In this document: in pieces, positions 49,238 through 60,042 of the stretch
Position numbering within the stretch: position 1 is the stretch's first letter
Layout: each line of letters starts with the position of its first letter
Origin: an uncultured Acidobacteriota bacterium
GTDB lineage: Bacteria > Acidobacteriota > Terriglobia > Bryobacterales > UBA6623
DNA: 64,000 nt
Reading direction: 5' to 3'
NCBI GenBank assembly: GCA_963805925.1
Contig: CAWDWB010000009.1
Location: 517,746-581,745 of the forward strand
Position numbers and translations under genes: made by a program
The notes under the pieces: generated by a model
The model's input: the letters and a program-made list of their open reading frames with translations, nothing else
Told to the model about the DNA's origin: nothing
Database searches by the model: none

Positions 49238-49989
49238 GCTCCCCTAGCGGGGGACTGCCAAGGCTGTTTCAACTTCAGCGGTTGAAGACGGTACTTGATG
49301 ATGCACCAGAGCGCACGGAAGCCGTCGCGCATGCCGATCTTCTTGCCTTCCTCGTAGGTGCGTCCGTGGTAGGCGATGCCGACTTCGTAAATGCGTGCGT
49401 GAGCCTTGGCGAGTTTGCTGGTGACTTCCGGCTCGAAGCCGAAGCGGTCTTCCTCAAGCACCAGGGCTTGGATCAGATCACGGCGAAAAACCTTGTAGCA
49501 GGTCTCCATATCGCTGAGGTTCAAGTCGGTGGCCATATTGGAGAGCAGGGTCAGCAACTGATTGCCGACCGAATGCCAGAAATAGAGCACGCGATGCTCT
49601 TGATTGGAGATGAAACGGGACCCGAAGACGACGTCCGCGTTGCCTTTGTCGAGCGGCTGCAGAAGCTTGTGATAGTCCTCGGGGTCGTACTCAAGGTCGG
49701 CGTCTTGGACGATGACGTAGTCGCCCTCAGCCTTGTCGAATCCAGTCCTAAGAGCGCAACCCTTGCCTCGATTCTTGTCTTGCAAGAAGACGCGAACGTT
49801 CGGATGGCGCTGCTCAATTTGCGCCAATACTTCGCGGGTCCCGTCGGTGGAGTAGTCGTCCACGATGATGATCTCTTTGTCGACCTGTACTGCCTGAACG
49901 CGGTCCACGATCCTGTTGACCGTATCGCGCTCGTTGTAAACCGGGATGACGACGGAGAGTTTCATTGCGAACCGTGGATAAGTCGGCAC
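49234..49989 (-). CDS. Family 2 glycosyltransferase (polyprenyl-phosphate sugar transferase-like)
   Basis: [21 protein letters not shown] and QDADLEYDP motifs. Confidence 0.85.
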   Translation of the reverse strand: MPTYPRFAMKLSVVIPVYNERDTVNRIVDRVQAVQVDKEIIIVDDYSTDGTREVLAQIEQRHPNVRVFLQDKNRGKGCALRTGFDKAEGDYVIVQDADLEYDPEDYHKLLQPLDKGNADVVFGSRFISNQEHRVLYFWHSVGNQLLTLLSNMATDLNLSDMETCYKVFRRDLIQALVLEEDRFGFEPEVTSKLAKAHARIYEVGIAYHGRTYEEGKKIGMRDGFRALWCIIKYRLQPLKLKQPWQSPARGA

Positions 49990-50098
49990 GAGGCCGTACA
50001 GAACAGAAGTACCAGCTTACGTTCCAGTTCGTCAAAGGCGCGAATTACCCAGGATCGAGGAAAGAAGATTTCAAACAAGCCTAGGAGGAGGGATTAAA

Positions 50099-50174
50099 TG
50101 GTAGCGCTAACGGGATTTGAACCCGTGTCTGAGCCTTGAGAGGGCCCTGTCCTAGACCCCTGGACGATAGCGCC
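50099..50174 (-). tRNA. tRNA-Glu (anticodon CUC)
   Basis: Minus-strand cloverleaf GGCGCTA-TC-GTCC..GGAC-A-GGGCC-CTCTCAA-GGCTC-AGAC-ACGGG-TTCAAAT-CCCGT-TAGCGCT-ACCA. Has a G1.U72 wobble. Confidence 0.8.
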
Positions 50175-50322
50175 ACAAGCATTAAGTATAGCCAAGCCCG
50201 CCCAGGATTTGCGAATCAAACTCTGTGTCGCGAATGAACAGCGAGGGTCGATAAGAAGTCGCTAGGGGTCCTGCCTCATGCCGACGCGCCCCTCTTTGGG
50301 ACTTCTGGAGACCAGCTAAAAC

Positions 50323-50988
50323 GTGAGCGACAAACCGAACGACGACCGCGACGCCTTTGGGGCGATCGCCGCAGTAGCTCATGAACTACGGACTCCGTTA
50401 ACAGCGATACAGGGAGCGGTCGAGATCCTACGAGACGGAACCGCGGGCGCCTTGAGCCCAGCCCAGCGAGAGTTCGCCAACCTGGCGCACCGCAATCTGG
50501 AGCGGCTGAAGGACCGCATCGAGGACACCCTGGACATCGTCAGCCTGAACAGCGGATCCGGATCGGAATCGGCAACGGTTCGGCTGGAGGGGCTTGCCGC
50601 GTGCGTGGCAAAGCGGGCGGCGATTGAATGGGGACCCAAACTCCTCGTCAGTTTTGAGGGCTTTAGCGGCAAGCAAAGCCTTACGTTTCTGGAGCGCTCG
50701 CTCTGCCGTACTTTGGCGAGCATTGTCGGGACCGTCGGCAGACATTTTGGTGAGGGAGGAGTGATCGTTCGAGCGAGCGCAGATAACAGCCAGATTCGGT
50801 TTGAGGTCAGCGCCGACGGCCCGGCAGGAGAAGGGCGCTTGGACACGGCGATTCACGACGCCAGCTTGGCGCTGGCTTGCGAAATGGTCGAGCTCCACGG
50901 CGGGTCGATATCCAGATTGGAGACTGGTTCCCGCGGCGTCTATGTTCTTCTGCCGTTACGGCCGATATGTGCTCGAGAGGAACGCTGA
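50323..50988 (+). CDS. Soluble histidine kinase-like protein (HisKA plus divergent HATPase), no sensor or TM region
   Basis: The H-box AVAHELRTPLTAIQGAVEIL lies within the first 40 aa. The C-terminal region LACEMVELHGGSI is G-box-like. GTG start. Confidence 0.65.
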   Translation: MSDKPNDDRDAFGAIAAVAHELRTPLTAIQGAVEILRDGTAGALSPAQREFANLAHRNLERLKDRIEDTLDIVSLNSGSGSESATVRLEGLAACVAKRAAIEWGPKLLVSFEGFSGKQSLTFLERSLCRTLASIVGTVGRHFGEGGVIVRASADNSQIRFEVSADGPAGEGRLDTAIHDASLALACEMVELHGGSISRLETGSRGVYVLLPLRPICAREER

Positions 50989-51557
50989 TGACGGAGACGA
51001 AGAGAATTCTGCTCGTTGATGACGAGGACGACGTGTTGAGCGCGTTTGAGTTCCGCTTGGGCGCGATGGGTTATGACCTGGTAGTGGCGCGAAACGGCGC
51101 CGAAGCGCTGGAACATCTCAACAACTCGAAGACCGATCTCGTGTTGGCGGACTTCATGATGCCCGAGATAAACGGTATCGAGTTGACGCGGATTATCAAG
51201 TCGCACCCGCTCTGGTTCGACACCCAGGTGGTCCTGTTCTCGGCCAACAGCGAACCGGAGTTCCGCCGCAAGGCGATGGATCTCGGCGCCGCAGACTACA
51301 TGCCCAAGACGGCAGGAGCCAAAGCCATCATTGAACGTATCTGCAAGTTGGCGCCGCTGGAAAGAGGAACGCCGGCCAGCGCGTCCGTGGCGGGTGCGGC
51401 CACCCTCGCCAGGGGCCTCGCGGACATGCTCAAGCTGGCCGCGGACGACGAGACTCTATCGCGATCGACGAAGCTCGCTATTACTTCCTCCCAGCGCATT
51501 ACCGAGGACCTCTTGAAGCTGCTGTCCGAATCCTCAGGTTCCGCTACGCAACATTGA
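50988..51557 (+). CDS. Response regulator (receiver domain plus roughly 70-aa uncharacterised C-terminus)
   Basis: MTETKRILLVDDEDDV...LVLADFMMPEINGIEL. The ATG overlaps the kinase stop. Confidence 0.8.
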   Translation: MTETKRILLVDDEDDVLSAFEFRLGAMGYDLVVARNGAEALEHLNNSKTDLVLADFMMPEINGIELTRIIKSHPLWFDTQVVLFSANSEPEFRRKAMDLGAADYMPKTAGAKAIIERICKLAPLERGTPASASVAGAATLARGLADMLKLAADDETLSRSTKLAITSSQRITEDLLKLLSESSGSATQH

Positions 51558-51563
51558 CGACAG

Positions 51564-51944
51564 ATGAAATCGAACTCCAGTCCAGGGTCTGTCCTAATCG
51601 TCGACGACGAGCAGGATATTGTGCGTCCGCTCGCGTTTCGTTTGGAAGTGGAGGGCTTCCACGTCGCCTTAGAGCCAAACGGCCAATTGGGTTACGACCG
51701 GGCTGTGGCGGAGACGCCGGACATCATCCTGCTGGACGTGATGATGCCGGTTATCGACGGCGTCACCCTATGTCGGATGCTGAAAGAAGACGGGTCAACG
51801 CGACATATTCCCATCATCATGGTGACGGCCAAGAGTCGGATGGGAGACGTGGAAGCGGCATTCAACGCGCAAGCCGACGACTACGTGTCCAAGCCCTATG
51901 AATGGGCTGAGTTGCATCTAAAAATACGCAAGTTGCTCGGTTAA
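51564..51944 (+). CDS. Single-domain response regulator (CheY-like)
   Basis: SVLIVDDEQDIV...IILLDVMMPVIDGVTL...IIMVTAK...KPYEW. Confidence 0.85.
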   Translation: MKSNSSPGSVLIVDDEQDIVRPLAFRLEVEGFHVALEPNGQLGYDRAVAETPDIILLDVMMPVIDGVTLCRMLKEDGSTRHIPIIMVTAKSRMGDVEAAFNAQADDYVSKPYEWAELHLKIRKLLG

Positions 51945-53005
51945 GCCGATTGGGCGGAGGGCCTTGGCGGCCGCTGCGGCGCAGGGCAACAGTCGACCGG
52001 GCAGTAGTCGTGGCTTGGTCCGAGACCGCCGAGGGCGCGGCGAGGCGTTGACGTCGGCGAAGTACGTTCCAGAATCAATTCGCGAATCATAGCGATGAAG
52101 TCCGGATGGGTCCCCACCGTTCCGGCGCGCACGAGGTTGAGCCCAACCTCCGAGGCGACCTGCTGAGCCTCGGTGTCGAGATCGAAAAGCACTTCCATGT
52201 GGTCGGAGATGAAGCCGATCGGCGCCACGACCGCGTCCAGGACGCCTTGTTCGCGGCGTTGCCTGAGGTAGTCGCAGATGTCCGGTTCCAGCCAGGGCTG
52301 AGTCGGCGGACCGCTGCGGCTCTGCCAGACCAGCCGGTAGTCGGACCGGCCGACGGATTCGCCGACCAGCCGACATGCCTCGTCGAGTTGATCGACGTAC
52401 TTCGAGGTGCTGGCCATCGACAGCGGCACGCTGTGCGCCGTGAAGATTAGTTCGGCCGCCTCACGGCGTTCGGCGGGAATCTTGGCGAAGGCTTCTTCGA
52501 CGCGCTCAGCCATAGGCCCGATGAAGCCGGGGTGATTGAAGAAGGCGCGAATCTTGTCGACGACGGGAGCGCCAGCGCCCACGGCCGTCTGGGCTTCGAC
52601 AATATTCCCGCGATATTGCCGACAGCCCGAATACGAGCTGTAGGCGGAAGTCACAAACGCCAGCGCACGCTTGACTCCGTCGTCGCGCATTTGGCGTAAG
52701 GCGTCCGCCAAGAATGGATCCCAGTTTCGATTGCCCCAATAGATGGGCAAATTGGGCCCATCGGCGGCGAGCCGGGCTTGCAATGCGGCGATCAACTGGC
52801 GGTTCTGCTCGTTGATGGGACTCACGCCATCGAAGTGGTAGTAGTGTTCCGCCACCTCCAACATGCGCTCGCGCGGAACATTGCGCCCGCGAAGAACATT
52901 CTCAAGAAAGGGGATGACATCGTCGCGGCCCTCGGGACCTCCGAAGGAAACCAGCAGGACTGCGTCATAGGATAGTTCGGCCATGGGTTGAGGTCTTACT
53001 GTCAT
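51941..53005 (-). CDS. hemH: Ferrochelatase
   Basis: VLLVSFGGPEG, FTAHSVP and the C-terminal region are typical. The ATG at 53005 has a GGAG RBS (alternative ATG at 52984). Confidence 0.9.
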   Translation of the reverse strand: MTVRPQPMAELSYDAVLLVSFGGPEGRDDVIPFLENVLRGRNVPRERMLEVAEHYYHFDGVSPINEQNRQLIAALQARLAADGPNLPIYWGNRNWDPFLADALRQMRDDGVKRALAFVTSAYSSYSGCRQYRGNIVEAQTAVGAGAPVVDKIRAFFNHPGFIGPMAERVEEAFAKIPAERREAAELIFTAHSVPLSMASTSKYVDQLDEACRLVGESVGRSDYRLVWQSRSGPPTQPWLEPDICDYLRQRREQGVLDAVVAPIGFISDHMEVLFDLDTEAQQVASEVGLNLVRAGTVGTHPDFIAMIRELILERTSPTSTPRRALGGLGPSHDYCPVDCCPAPQRPPRPSAQSA

Positions 53006-53091
53006 TGTCTCCGAAACAGATCGGCGATCCTTCGAAACTGAACAAGCGGTCGGACGACCGTCTCGCTACAATCTGAGCGGAGTTATACATC

Positions 53092-53994
53092 GTGGGATTC
53101 CAGAGCATCTTGACCTACCTGCCCGAGCACGACGAATCCCAAGAGGTTATCGAGTGTTCCGCGCGCTTGGCGCGGGAGTGCGAAGCGAAGTTGGCGCTTG
53201 CCGAAGTACTGACGCCGCTGCCGGTCTACCTCAGGCAGCCGGCATACGGGTATCCGGCTCTGTCGGAGACGCTGGAGCACGAAGCTAAGGAAGAATTGCA
53301 GAGTGTGGCTGCTCCGCTGCGCGAGAGCGGACTCGACGTCAGCACGGCGGCGCTGACCGGCAAGCCCCACGAGGAACTTGTTCGTGAAGCGTTGCGTGCC
53401 GGACACGACCTCGTAATCGCCCCTGGGCATTCGGAAGGCGGCAGCGCCCGCGCCACGTCGACGGCAGTTCGGCTATGTCGGCTTTGTCCTGTCCCGGTCT
53501 TGGCGATCAGCGCAGGCCACGCCAAGCCCTTCCGCCGCATCTTGGCGACAGTAGATCCGCTGTCCCGGGACGACGAGGGGAAGGAACTGAACGAACGCGT
53601 CATTGAGACGGCTCTGGAATTCGCCCGATTGGAAGGCGGCGAAGTTGCGGTGCTGTACGTTTGGGGCGAAGACCTGCCGCCGGGTAGCCTGGAGTCTCAC
53701 GGGAAACAGATTGAGCAGCTTGCGGAGTCCGCTTTGGAGGACTTGCTCAAACCCTACAAGGACGAGATCGACGCCGAAGATGTTCTGCTGGTATTCGGCG
53801 AACCGTCAACCACGATCTGCCGGGTCGCCACTGAACAAGAAATGGACCTAGTCGTGCTAGGGACCATCGCGCGCAGCGGCGTGCAGGCGCTTTGGATCGG
53901 CAACACGGCGGAGAAGACGCTGGCCGAACTTGAGCTATCGGTCCTGGCGGTCAAACCTTCGGCCTTCGTCTCACCGCTGGATACCGAATCTTAG
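53092..53994 (+). CDS. Universal stress protein, tandem UspA domains
   Basis: Two USP modules, each ending in the G-x2-G-x9-G(S/T)-like motif (VLGTIARSGVQALWIGNTAEK). GTG start. Confidence 0.8.
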   Translation: MGFQSILTYLPEHDESQEVIECSARLARECEAKLALAEVLTPLPVYLRQPAYGYPALSETLEHEAKEELQSVAAPLRESGLDVSTAALTGKPHEELVREALRAGHDLVIAPGHSEGGSARATSTAVRLCRLCPVPVLAISAGHAKPFRRILATVDPLSRDDEGKELNERVIETALEFARLEGGEVAVLYVWGEDLPPGSLESHGKQIEQLAESALEDLLKPYKDEIDAEDVLLVFGEPSTTICRVATEQEMDLVVLGTIARSGVQALWIGNTAEKTLAELELSVLAVKPSAFVSPLDTES

Positions 53995-56738
53995 TGCCCC
54001 TTCCGATTTCGACAGGAGATCGCCCCGCCTGGCATCGGCTTACCGAGCAAGAGGCGGCGGCGCGGCTCGATGTCGACGTCACGGTCGGGCTGGCCTCCGA
54101 CGAGGCAGACAGGCGGCTTAAGCAAGCCGGGCCCAACGTCCTAATCGAACAAGGACGCCGCAGCATCGCGCGCATTCTCGGGGATCAGCTCCGCGGGGCG
54201 CTAATTCTACTGCTCGTTGTCGCGGCGGTTGTATCCGCTTTCGTCGGAGACATCGAGGATGCGGTCGCCATCCTGGCCATCGTCATTTTGAACGCCGCCC
54301 TTGGCGTCCGTCAGGAGTATAAGGCGGAGGAGGCGATGGCGGCGCTGAAGCGGCTATCGGAACCAGTCGTGAAGTTGCGGCGCGACGGCAAACTGACCGA
54401 AGCTCCAACGCACGACCTTGTACCGGGCGACATCGTCTTATTGGAAGCCGGCGGCGTGATGTCCGCCGATGTTCGCCTGTTGGAAACGGCGGCGTTGCGG
54501 TCGGACGAAGCCGCCCTGACGGGAGAGTCGGAGGCGGTTGAGAAGGACTCTGGCATGGTTTGCGACGAGGCGGCCGCGCTGGGCGATCGCCGCAACATGG
54601 CCTACCGGGGCACGACGATCGTCTACGGACGAGGCGTGGGCCTGGTGGTCGAGACCGGCATGCGCACGGAGTTGGGCAAGATCGCCGACTTGATCCAGAC
54701 GGTCAAGTCCGAGCCGACGCCCTTGCAGCGCCGCCTGGATAAGCTCGGCAGAACCTTGGTCTTCGCCGCGCTGGGGGTCGTCGCCATCGTATTCGCGACA
54801 GGCCTGATACAGGGTCAACCGCTGGAACTGATGTTCCTGACGGCGGTGAGTCTGGCGGTTGCCGCCGCGCCCGAGGGACTGCCTGCCGTAGCGACCATCG
54901 CGTTAGCCTTGGGCGCGCGCCGGATGCTGGCGCGGAACGCACTCATCCGCAGACTGCCGGCCGTCGAAACGCTCGGATCGGTGACCTGCATCTGCTCGGA
55001 TAAGACCGGCACGCTGACGCAAAACCGCATGCACGTCTCAGCGATTGTCGCGGCGGGAGACGATGTGCCGCGGAGCGCCGATACCCCTGAGGCGCGCTTG
55101 ATCCTCTGTGCCGGAGCACTGTGCAACGACGCCGAGTGGAGTGAGGCTGAGCAAGAGGCGGTCGGAGAGCCTACCGAGACGGCCCTGGTCGTCGCGGCGA
55201 ACGAGGCGGGTCTCAACAAGGCAACCTTGGAAAGCGACTTGCCGCGAATCGCCGAGGCGCCGTTCGACTCCGAGCGCAAGCGGATGTCGACCTTGCACCG
55301 GGTGAAGTCAGACGAGGCCAAAATACTGGAGTCCCTGCAAGCGGCGTCGGCCGGAAAGATTAGTTTCGTCGTCTTTGCGAAAGGAGCGCTCGATACGATT
55401 CTCGAGGTCTGCGATACGGCCTTCGAGGCGGGCCGACTCCAGGAGTTGGGACCAAAGGAGCGGGAAGACATCGGCCGGATCCACGACCAAATTGCCGGCA
55501 AGGGAATGCGCGTGCTGGCCATGGCCGCCAAGGGTCTATCGGAAGCCCCTGGCGAGGCGACGGCGGAAAGCCTCGAACAGAGCCTCATCTTTCTGGGTCT
55601 CACCGCAATGATGGACCCGCCTCGGGAGGAAGCCAAGGCCTCAGTCGCCGCTTGCCGGCGCGCCGGAATCCGCACGGTGATGATCACCGGTGACCACCCG
55701 GCCACGGCGCGGCACATCGCGGACGAACTCGGTATCGGCGAAGGCGGCGAGCTGTTGCGGGGCGCCGACTTGGACCAGCTGGACGATGCTCAACTCAAAG
55801 AGAAAGTCGAGCACATCGGCATCTATGCCAGGGTTTCGCCGCAACACAAGTTGCGCATCGTCGAAGCGCTGCAAAGCCGCGGCCAGGTTGTGGCGATGAC
55901 CGGCGATGGAGTCAACGACGCCCCCGCGCTCAAGCGATCCGATATCGGAGTCGCCATGGGCCTGACCGGATCCGACGTTTCCCGAGAAGCGGCGGACATG
56001 GTCTTGCGGGACGACAATTTCGCCACGATCGTCTCGGCCGTCGAGGAAGGCCGGGTCATATTCGACAACATACGCAAGTTCGTCAAGTTCCTGCTATCGG
56101 CGAACTCGGGAGAACTCTGGGTCATGCTCTGCGGTCCGTTGTTCGGCTTGCCATTGCCGCTGCTTCCGCTGCAAATCTTGTGGATGAATCTGATCACGGA
56201 CGGCTTGCCTGCATTGGCGCTCGGAGTGGAACCGGCCGAGAAGGACGTGATGGACAGGCCGCCCTATGGGGCTGAGGAAAGCGTCTTCAGCCGAGGCGCC
56301 GGCAGGGACATTCTATGGATCGGGTTGCTGATGGGCGCCGTTTCTTTGGCTGTGGGCTGGTTCTATTGGCAGGCGGGAGAAACGAACTGGCAGACGATGC
56401 TGTTCACGACTTTGACCCTTTCGCAGCTGGGTCTGGCCTTAGCTGTTCGCTCTGAACACAAATCGCTGTTCGCCATCGGGGTGTTCTCGAATCCCTACCT
56501 CGCCGCGGCGATCGGCGTGTCGGCGTTACTGCAGTTGGCCGTCGTCTATGCGCCGCCGTTACAGGAGATTTTCGAGACCGTCTCACTGACGGCCGCCGAT
56601 TTAGCGATCTGCCTGGCTGCCAGCAGCGCGACGTTTTGGGCTCTAGAGGCCGAGAAGATTCTGCTGCGCCTGTTCCGCAAACGGAAAGCCCCGCCTAACG
56701 GCGGAGCTTCATCAAGATTAGACGGCGAATCGGTTTAG
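53994..56738 (+). CDS. Cation-transporting P-type ATPase (P2-type, Ca2+/Mg2+-like)
   Basis: TGES, ICSDKTGTLT, MITGDH and GDGVNDAPAL motifs, with 10-TM architecture. The GTG start overlaps the USP stop. Confidence 0.9.
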   Translation: MPLPISTGDRPAWHRLTEQEAAARLDVDVTVGLASDEADRRLKQAGPNVLIEQGRRSIARILGDQLRGALILLLVVAAVVSAFVGDIEDAVAILAIVILNAALGVRQEYKAEEAMAALKRLSEPVVKLRRDGKLTEAPTHDLVPGDIVLLEAGGVMSADVRLLETAALRSDEAALTGESEAVEKDSGMVCDEAAALGDRRNMAYRGTTIVYGRGVGLVVETGMRTELGKIADLIQTVKSEPTPLQRRLDKLGRTLVFAALGVVAIVFATGLIQGQPLELMFLTAVSLAVAAAPEGLPAVATIALALGARRMLARNALIRRLPAVETLGSVTCICSDKTGTLTQNRMHVSAIVAAGDDVPRSADTPEARLILCAGALCNDAEWSEAEQEAVGEPTETALVVAANEAGLNKATLESDLPRIAEAPFDSERKRMSTLHRVKSDEAKILESLQAASAGKISFVVFAKGALDTILEVCDTAFEAGRLQELGPKEREDIGRIHDQIAGKGMRVLAMAAKGLSEAPGEATAESLEQSLIFLGLTAMMDPPREEAKASVAACRRAGIRTVMITGDHPATARHIADELGIGEGGELLRGADLDQLDDAQLKEKVEHIGIYARVSPQHKLRIVEALQSRGQVVAMTGDGVNDAPALKRSDIGVAMGLTGSDVSREAADMVLRDDNFATIVSAVEEGRVIFDNIRKFVKFLLSANSGELWVMLCGPLFGLPLPLLPLQILWMNLITDGLPALALGVEPAEKDVMDRPPYGAEESVFSRGAGRDILWIGLLMGAVSLAVGWFYWQAGETNWQTMLFTTLTLSQLGLALAVRSEHKSLFAIGVFSNPYLAAAIGVSALLQLAVVYAPPLQEIFETVSLTAADLAICLAASSATFWALEAEKILLRLFRKRKAPPNGGASSRLDGESV

Positions 56739-57745
56739 CGGCGCTTGAGCGTCGGCCGTTCGTCTTCGTCCGGTTGATCAGAGGGCTCACCGTCTACGGG
56801 GATCGTCTCGTCGGACGGATTGCGCCGCAGGGTGGGCTTGCCTTCCTCGTCCTTATCGTCCTGCGACTTCGTCCGTCGGGTGAGAGCGGCCAGACGAGCT
56901 TGCACGTCGAGGAATTCGGAACTCGTGACGACATACTGCGGTCTTGCGGGGAGCAGCTCTTCGATACGCTCCTGCGTCTTCGCGATGCGGTCGCCGGTCG
57001 GCGGGTGACTCGAAAACAAAGTCGAGAGCGTGCCCGGCTTGCGTTTCTGGTCAGCAAGCAGCTTCTCGAAGAAGTCAACGAAGGAGGTCGGATCGTAGCC
57101 GGTCTTGTACATGTACTCCAGACCGAGCAAATCGGCTTCCGACTCCGCGCCGCGGGAGAACTGCAAGAAGCCCATCGGGATGGCGAACGACGCAGCTTGG
57201 CGGATGCCGTAACCGGTCCAGCCGCCCAAGAAGATCAGCGGAATCGAAGCGTAATTGATCAGTTGTCCGCGCGTCGCCTGCTTGGTGCCGTGGCGCGCCG
57301 CAACGTGGGCGATTTCGTGGGCCATGACGCCGGCGAGCTCGGCTTCGTTGTCGGCTCGCAGGAACAGGCCGGTGTTCACGAAGAAGAAGCCGCCGGGAAG
57401 GGCGAAGGCGTTGACCTCATCGTCGTCGACCAACTTAATGGTGAAGGGAACCTTCGCGTCCGAGTTACGGACGAGGTTCTGGCCGACGCGATTAATGTAC
57501 TCAGAGATGATCGGATCGTCGATGATGCGAGAGTTACGCTCGACCTGCTGAGCCATGCTCTTGCCCAAGGCGATTTCTTTCTCAAGCGAGTAGAAGTTGA
57601 GGCCGCCGTCGACATCGCGCTCGCCGATTGCGTCGGGGTCTTTCTTGCCGCCCTTGTTCTTGTTATCTTTGTCGGCGGCGTACACAGGCAGGGCGAGGGC
57701 CAAGCTCAGAACCGTCACGACAAGACGCTCCGTCATCACTCTCAT
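56735..57745 (-). CDS. M48-family zinc metallopeptidase, secreted
   Basis: HEIAHVAARH (HExxH). The ATG at 57745 is preceded by GGAGGA. Signal peptide MRVMTERLVVTVLSLALALPVYA. Confidence 0.8.
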   Translation of the reverse strand: MRVMTERLVVTVLSLALALPVYAADKDNKNKGGKKDPDAIGERDVDGGLNFYSLEKEIALGKSMAQQVERNSRIIDDPIISEYINRVGQNLVRNSDAKVPFTIKLVDDDEVNAFALPGGFFFVNTGLFLRADNEAELAGVMAHEIAHVAARHGTKQATRGQLINYASIPLIFLGGWTGYGIRQAASFAIPMGFLQFSRGAESEADLLGLEYMYKTGYDPTSFVDFFEKLLADQKRKPGTLSTLFSSHPPTGDRIAKTQERIEELLPARPQYVVTSSEFLDVQARLAALTRRTKSQDDKDEEGKPTLRRNPSDETIPVDGEPSDQPDEDERPTLKRR

Positions 57746-57837
57746 TGCTCGGATCCTCCGCCTGCGCAATTCGCTCTCAGTATAAGCCCCGCAACAAGTC
57801 CGGTAAACTCGAAGTCCGGCCCGCGCCGCTCTGCCGA

Positions 57838-58962
57838 ATGAACCTACCCGCCTATTTGGACGAATTCCCGGTGCGGGATCGTTTCATCTATTTGAATCAT
57901 GCCGCAACCGGCCCGCTGCCGCGACGGTCGGCCGAAGCCATGCAACGCATGGCGACGGACCAGATGGAAGCGGGCGGCTGCAACTGGACGGGTTGGTTGG
58001 AGGCCGTCGCGGGACTGCGAAAGGCTGCCGCGCGGCTGATCGGCGCAGATGCCGCGGAGATTGCCGTCACGAAGAATACATCCGAGGGGTTGAGCTTCGT
58101 GGCCAACGGCCTAGACTGGCGGCCCGGCGACGTCGTGGTCGCCGTCAAAGGCGAGTTTCCGGCTAACTACTTCCCTTGGGCCCGGTTAGAGCGGCACGGC
58201 GTAAAGCTGCGATGGCTTGAGCTGCGCGGCGGCTGTATCGATTTGGACGAGCTGGACCAGGCCTGCGAGGGCGCCCGGCTGCTAGCGGTGAGTTTCGTGC
58301 AGTACCTGAGCGGTTTCCGTTTGGACCTCGACGCGGCGGGCGAGATATGCAGACGGCGCGGCTGTTTGTTCGTGGTGGACGCGGTGCAAGGGCTTGGACC
58401 GTTTCCAGTCGACGTCAAACGCAGCGGCATTCACGCGCTCTCCGCCTCGGGCCACAAGTGGCTGTTGGGTCCGGAAGGCTGCGCAATCTTTTACATCGAT
58501 CACGAACTGATGCCGCAAGTCGAGCCGGTGGAATTCGGTTGGACCAACGTGCGCGGCTTCCCCCAGCACAGCACCGAAGAAGACCTGCGGCCGGACGCCG
58601 GACGCTACGAATGCGGCACGTTGAACACGATCGGTTGCTTCGGCCTGCGGGCTTCGATTGAGTTGTTTCTGGAAGCGGGCGTGGAAGCGATGTCGGAAAG
58701 CGTCCTCGACCTGACCGATCGCATAGTGGACCACGTCACCAATCGCGGCTTCGAGTTGGCCGCGCCTCGCAGCCGGTCGACCGGCTCGGGGATCGTCAGT
58801 TTCCGCAAAGACGGGATGGACACGGAAGTGACGAGGCAGCGGCTAGCCGCAAATCGAATTTCCGTATCGGCGCGAAAAGGCTACATCCGCGCGGCGCCAC
58901 ACTTCTACAACACCGAGTCCGAGGTCGAACGATTCCTGGCGCTGCTGGAAGATCAGGGCTGA
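57838..58962 (+). CDS. Class V aminotransferase (cysteine desulfurase-like)
   Basis: ATG at 57838. LNHAATGP and SASGHKWLLGPEG (PLP-lysine region). Confidence 0.8.
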   Translation: MNLPAYLDEFPVRDRFIYLNHAATGPLPRRSAEAMQRMATDQMEAGGCNWTGWLEAVAGLRKAAARLIGADAAEIAVTKNTSEGLSFVANGLDWRPGDVVVAVKGEFPANYFPWARLERHGVKLRWLELRGGCIDLDELDQACEGARLLAVSFVQYLSGFRLDLDAAGEICRRRGCLFVVDAVQGLGPFPVDVKRSGIHALSASGHKWLLGPEGCAIFYIDHELMPQVEPVEFGWTNVRGFPQHSTEEDLRPDAGRYECGTLNTIGCFGLRASIELFLEAGVEAMSESVLDLTDRIVDHVTNRGFELAAPRSRSTGSGIVSFRKDGMDTEVTRQRLAANRISVSARKGYIRAAPHFYNTESEVERFLALLEDQG

Positions 58963-59747
58963 GTGGGCGGCACAGCACCCGCTTCTGCCGTCACGCCGGG
59001 TCGCGGAGGCAACTCGGTCAGGGAGAGCTTCTCCTCGTCGGTAAGCCGCTCGAACGACTCATCCAAGGACTTATCGGAAATCGCGCCGCGCTCGCCGCGG
59101 GCTCCTAAGAGCATGGTGTCCAGGGCGTGTCCGAACTCCCTTCCCTGCGTGAATTCCGGAGGCTCGGCAAACATCAGCGCCTTGAGCGTATCGGTAAGCC
59201 GCTCCGCCCAGATCCTGGCGACCGCCTTAGGATCTTCGATTCCGGCCAGGATTAAGTCATCGGCGTTGGGCTGAACGATGTTGCGGACGCCCGTGCCGTC
59301 GGGCGCCATCTGAATGATCGTCGGGTAGTCTCCGCTCTCATCGAGCGTGATTTCCCGGCCCGGAGCGTCGACCAGATCCTGGATCGCGCCCTCCAAGTTC
59401 TCAACGATCTCGCGTGCACGGTCGGCGCTGCCGCCGGCGGCGAGCGGATCGCTGATTTGGAAGACGGCGACTTGGTTGATCTTGATGGCGATGGGGACGC
59501 CTTCGGTCAAGCCAATGTTGGGCAACAGCACATAGCTCACCTTTGGCGCAGGAAGATTGGTGGAGATCGCCCGTTGCTGGAGCCAGATGACGAGACCGAC
59601 GATAGCGACTCCCAGGACGATACTGATGATCGTCGAGGGCTTCTTCATGACGTCGCCGAAAGTCCGCTTAGTCCCGGCGTCGTGAAATTCGAAATCTCCC
59701 TCGCCCCGCTGACTCGAAGGATTCGATGTTGGAGTGCTGTTGCTCAT
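58953..59747 (-). CDS. Hypothetical single-pass membrane protein
   Basis: 264-aa ORF with one TM segment (IISIVLGVAIVGLVIWL). No recognisable domain. Confidence 0.4.
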   Translation of the reverse strand: MSNSTPTSNPSSQRGEGDFEFHDAGTKRTFGDVMKKPSTIISIVLGVAIVGLVIWLQQRAISTNLPAPKVSYVLLPNIGLTEGVPIAIKINQVAVFQISDPLAAGGSADRAREIVENLEGAIQDLVDAPGREITLDESGDYPTIIQMAPDGTGVRNIVQPNADDLILAGIEDPKAVARIWAERLTDTLKALMFAEPPEFTQGREFGHALDTMLLGARGERGAISDKSLDESFERLTDEEKLSLTELPPRPGVTAEAGAVPPTQP

Positions 59748-60042
59748 CTATCTAAGGAATAGAACCTAGATTCTAGCAGTCGATGCCGCCTTGAATTACA
59801 GATTCCTCCGAGGTGCGTACGGTTTCGGCGATCTTCCAACCTTTGTGCCACTTGGCCGCCTGCGCTCTTCCCGGATCCGGCGGGGCCGTAAGCTTTCTCC
59901 GGAGGGGGAATTAGGATAAGACGCTTATTGGCCGCCCGAGAACGCGCCGTGACACTCGGAACAGGCTGACAGCTAGGACGCGCGCCCGTCACGCGACGGC
60001 GACGCGAGATCGCCTGGGAGGTCTGACAGCCGGAGGATCACT

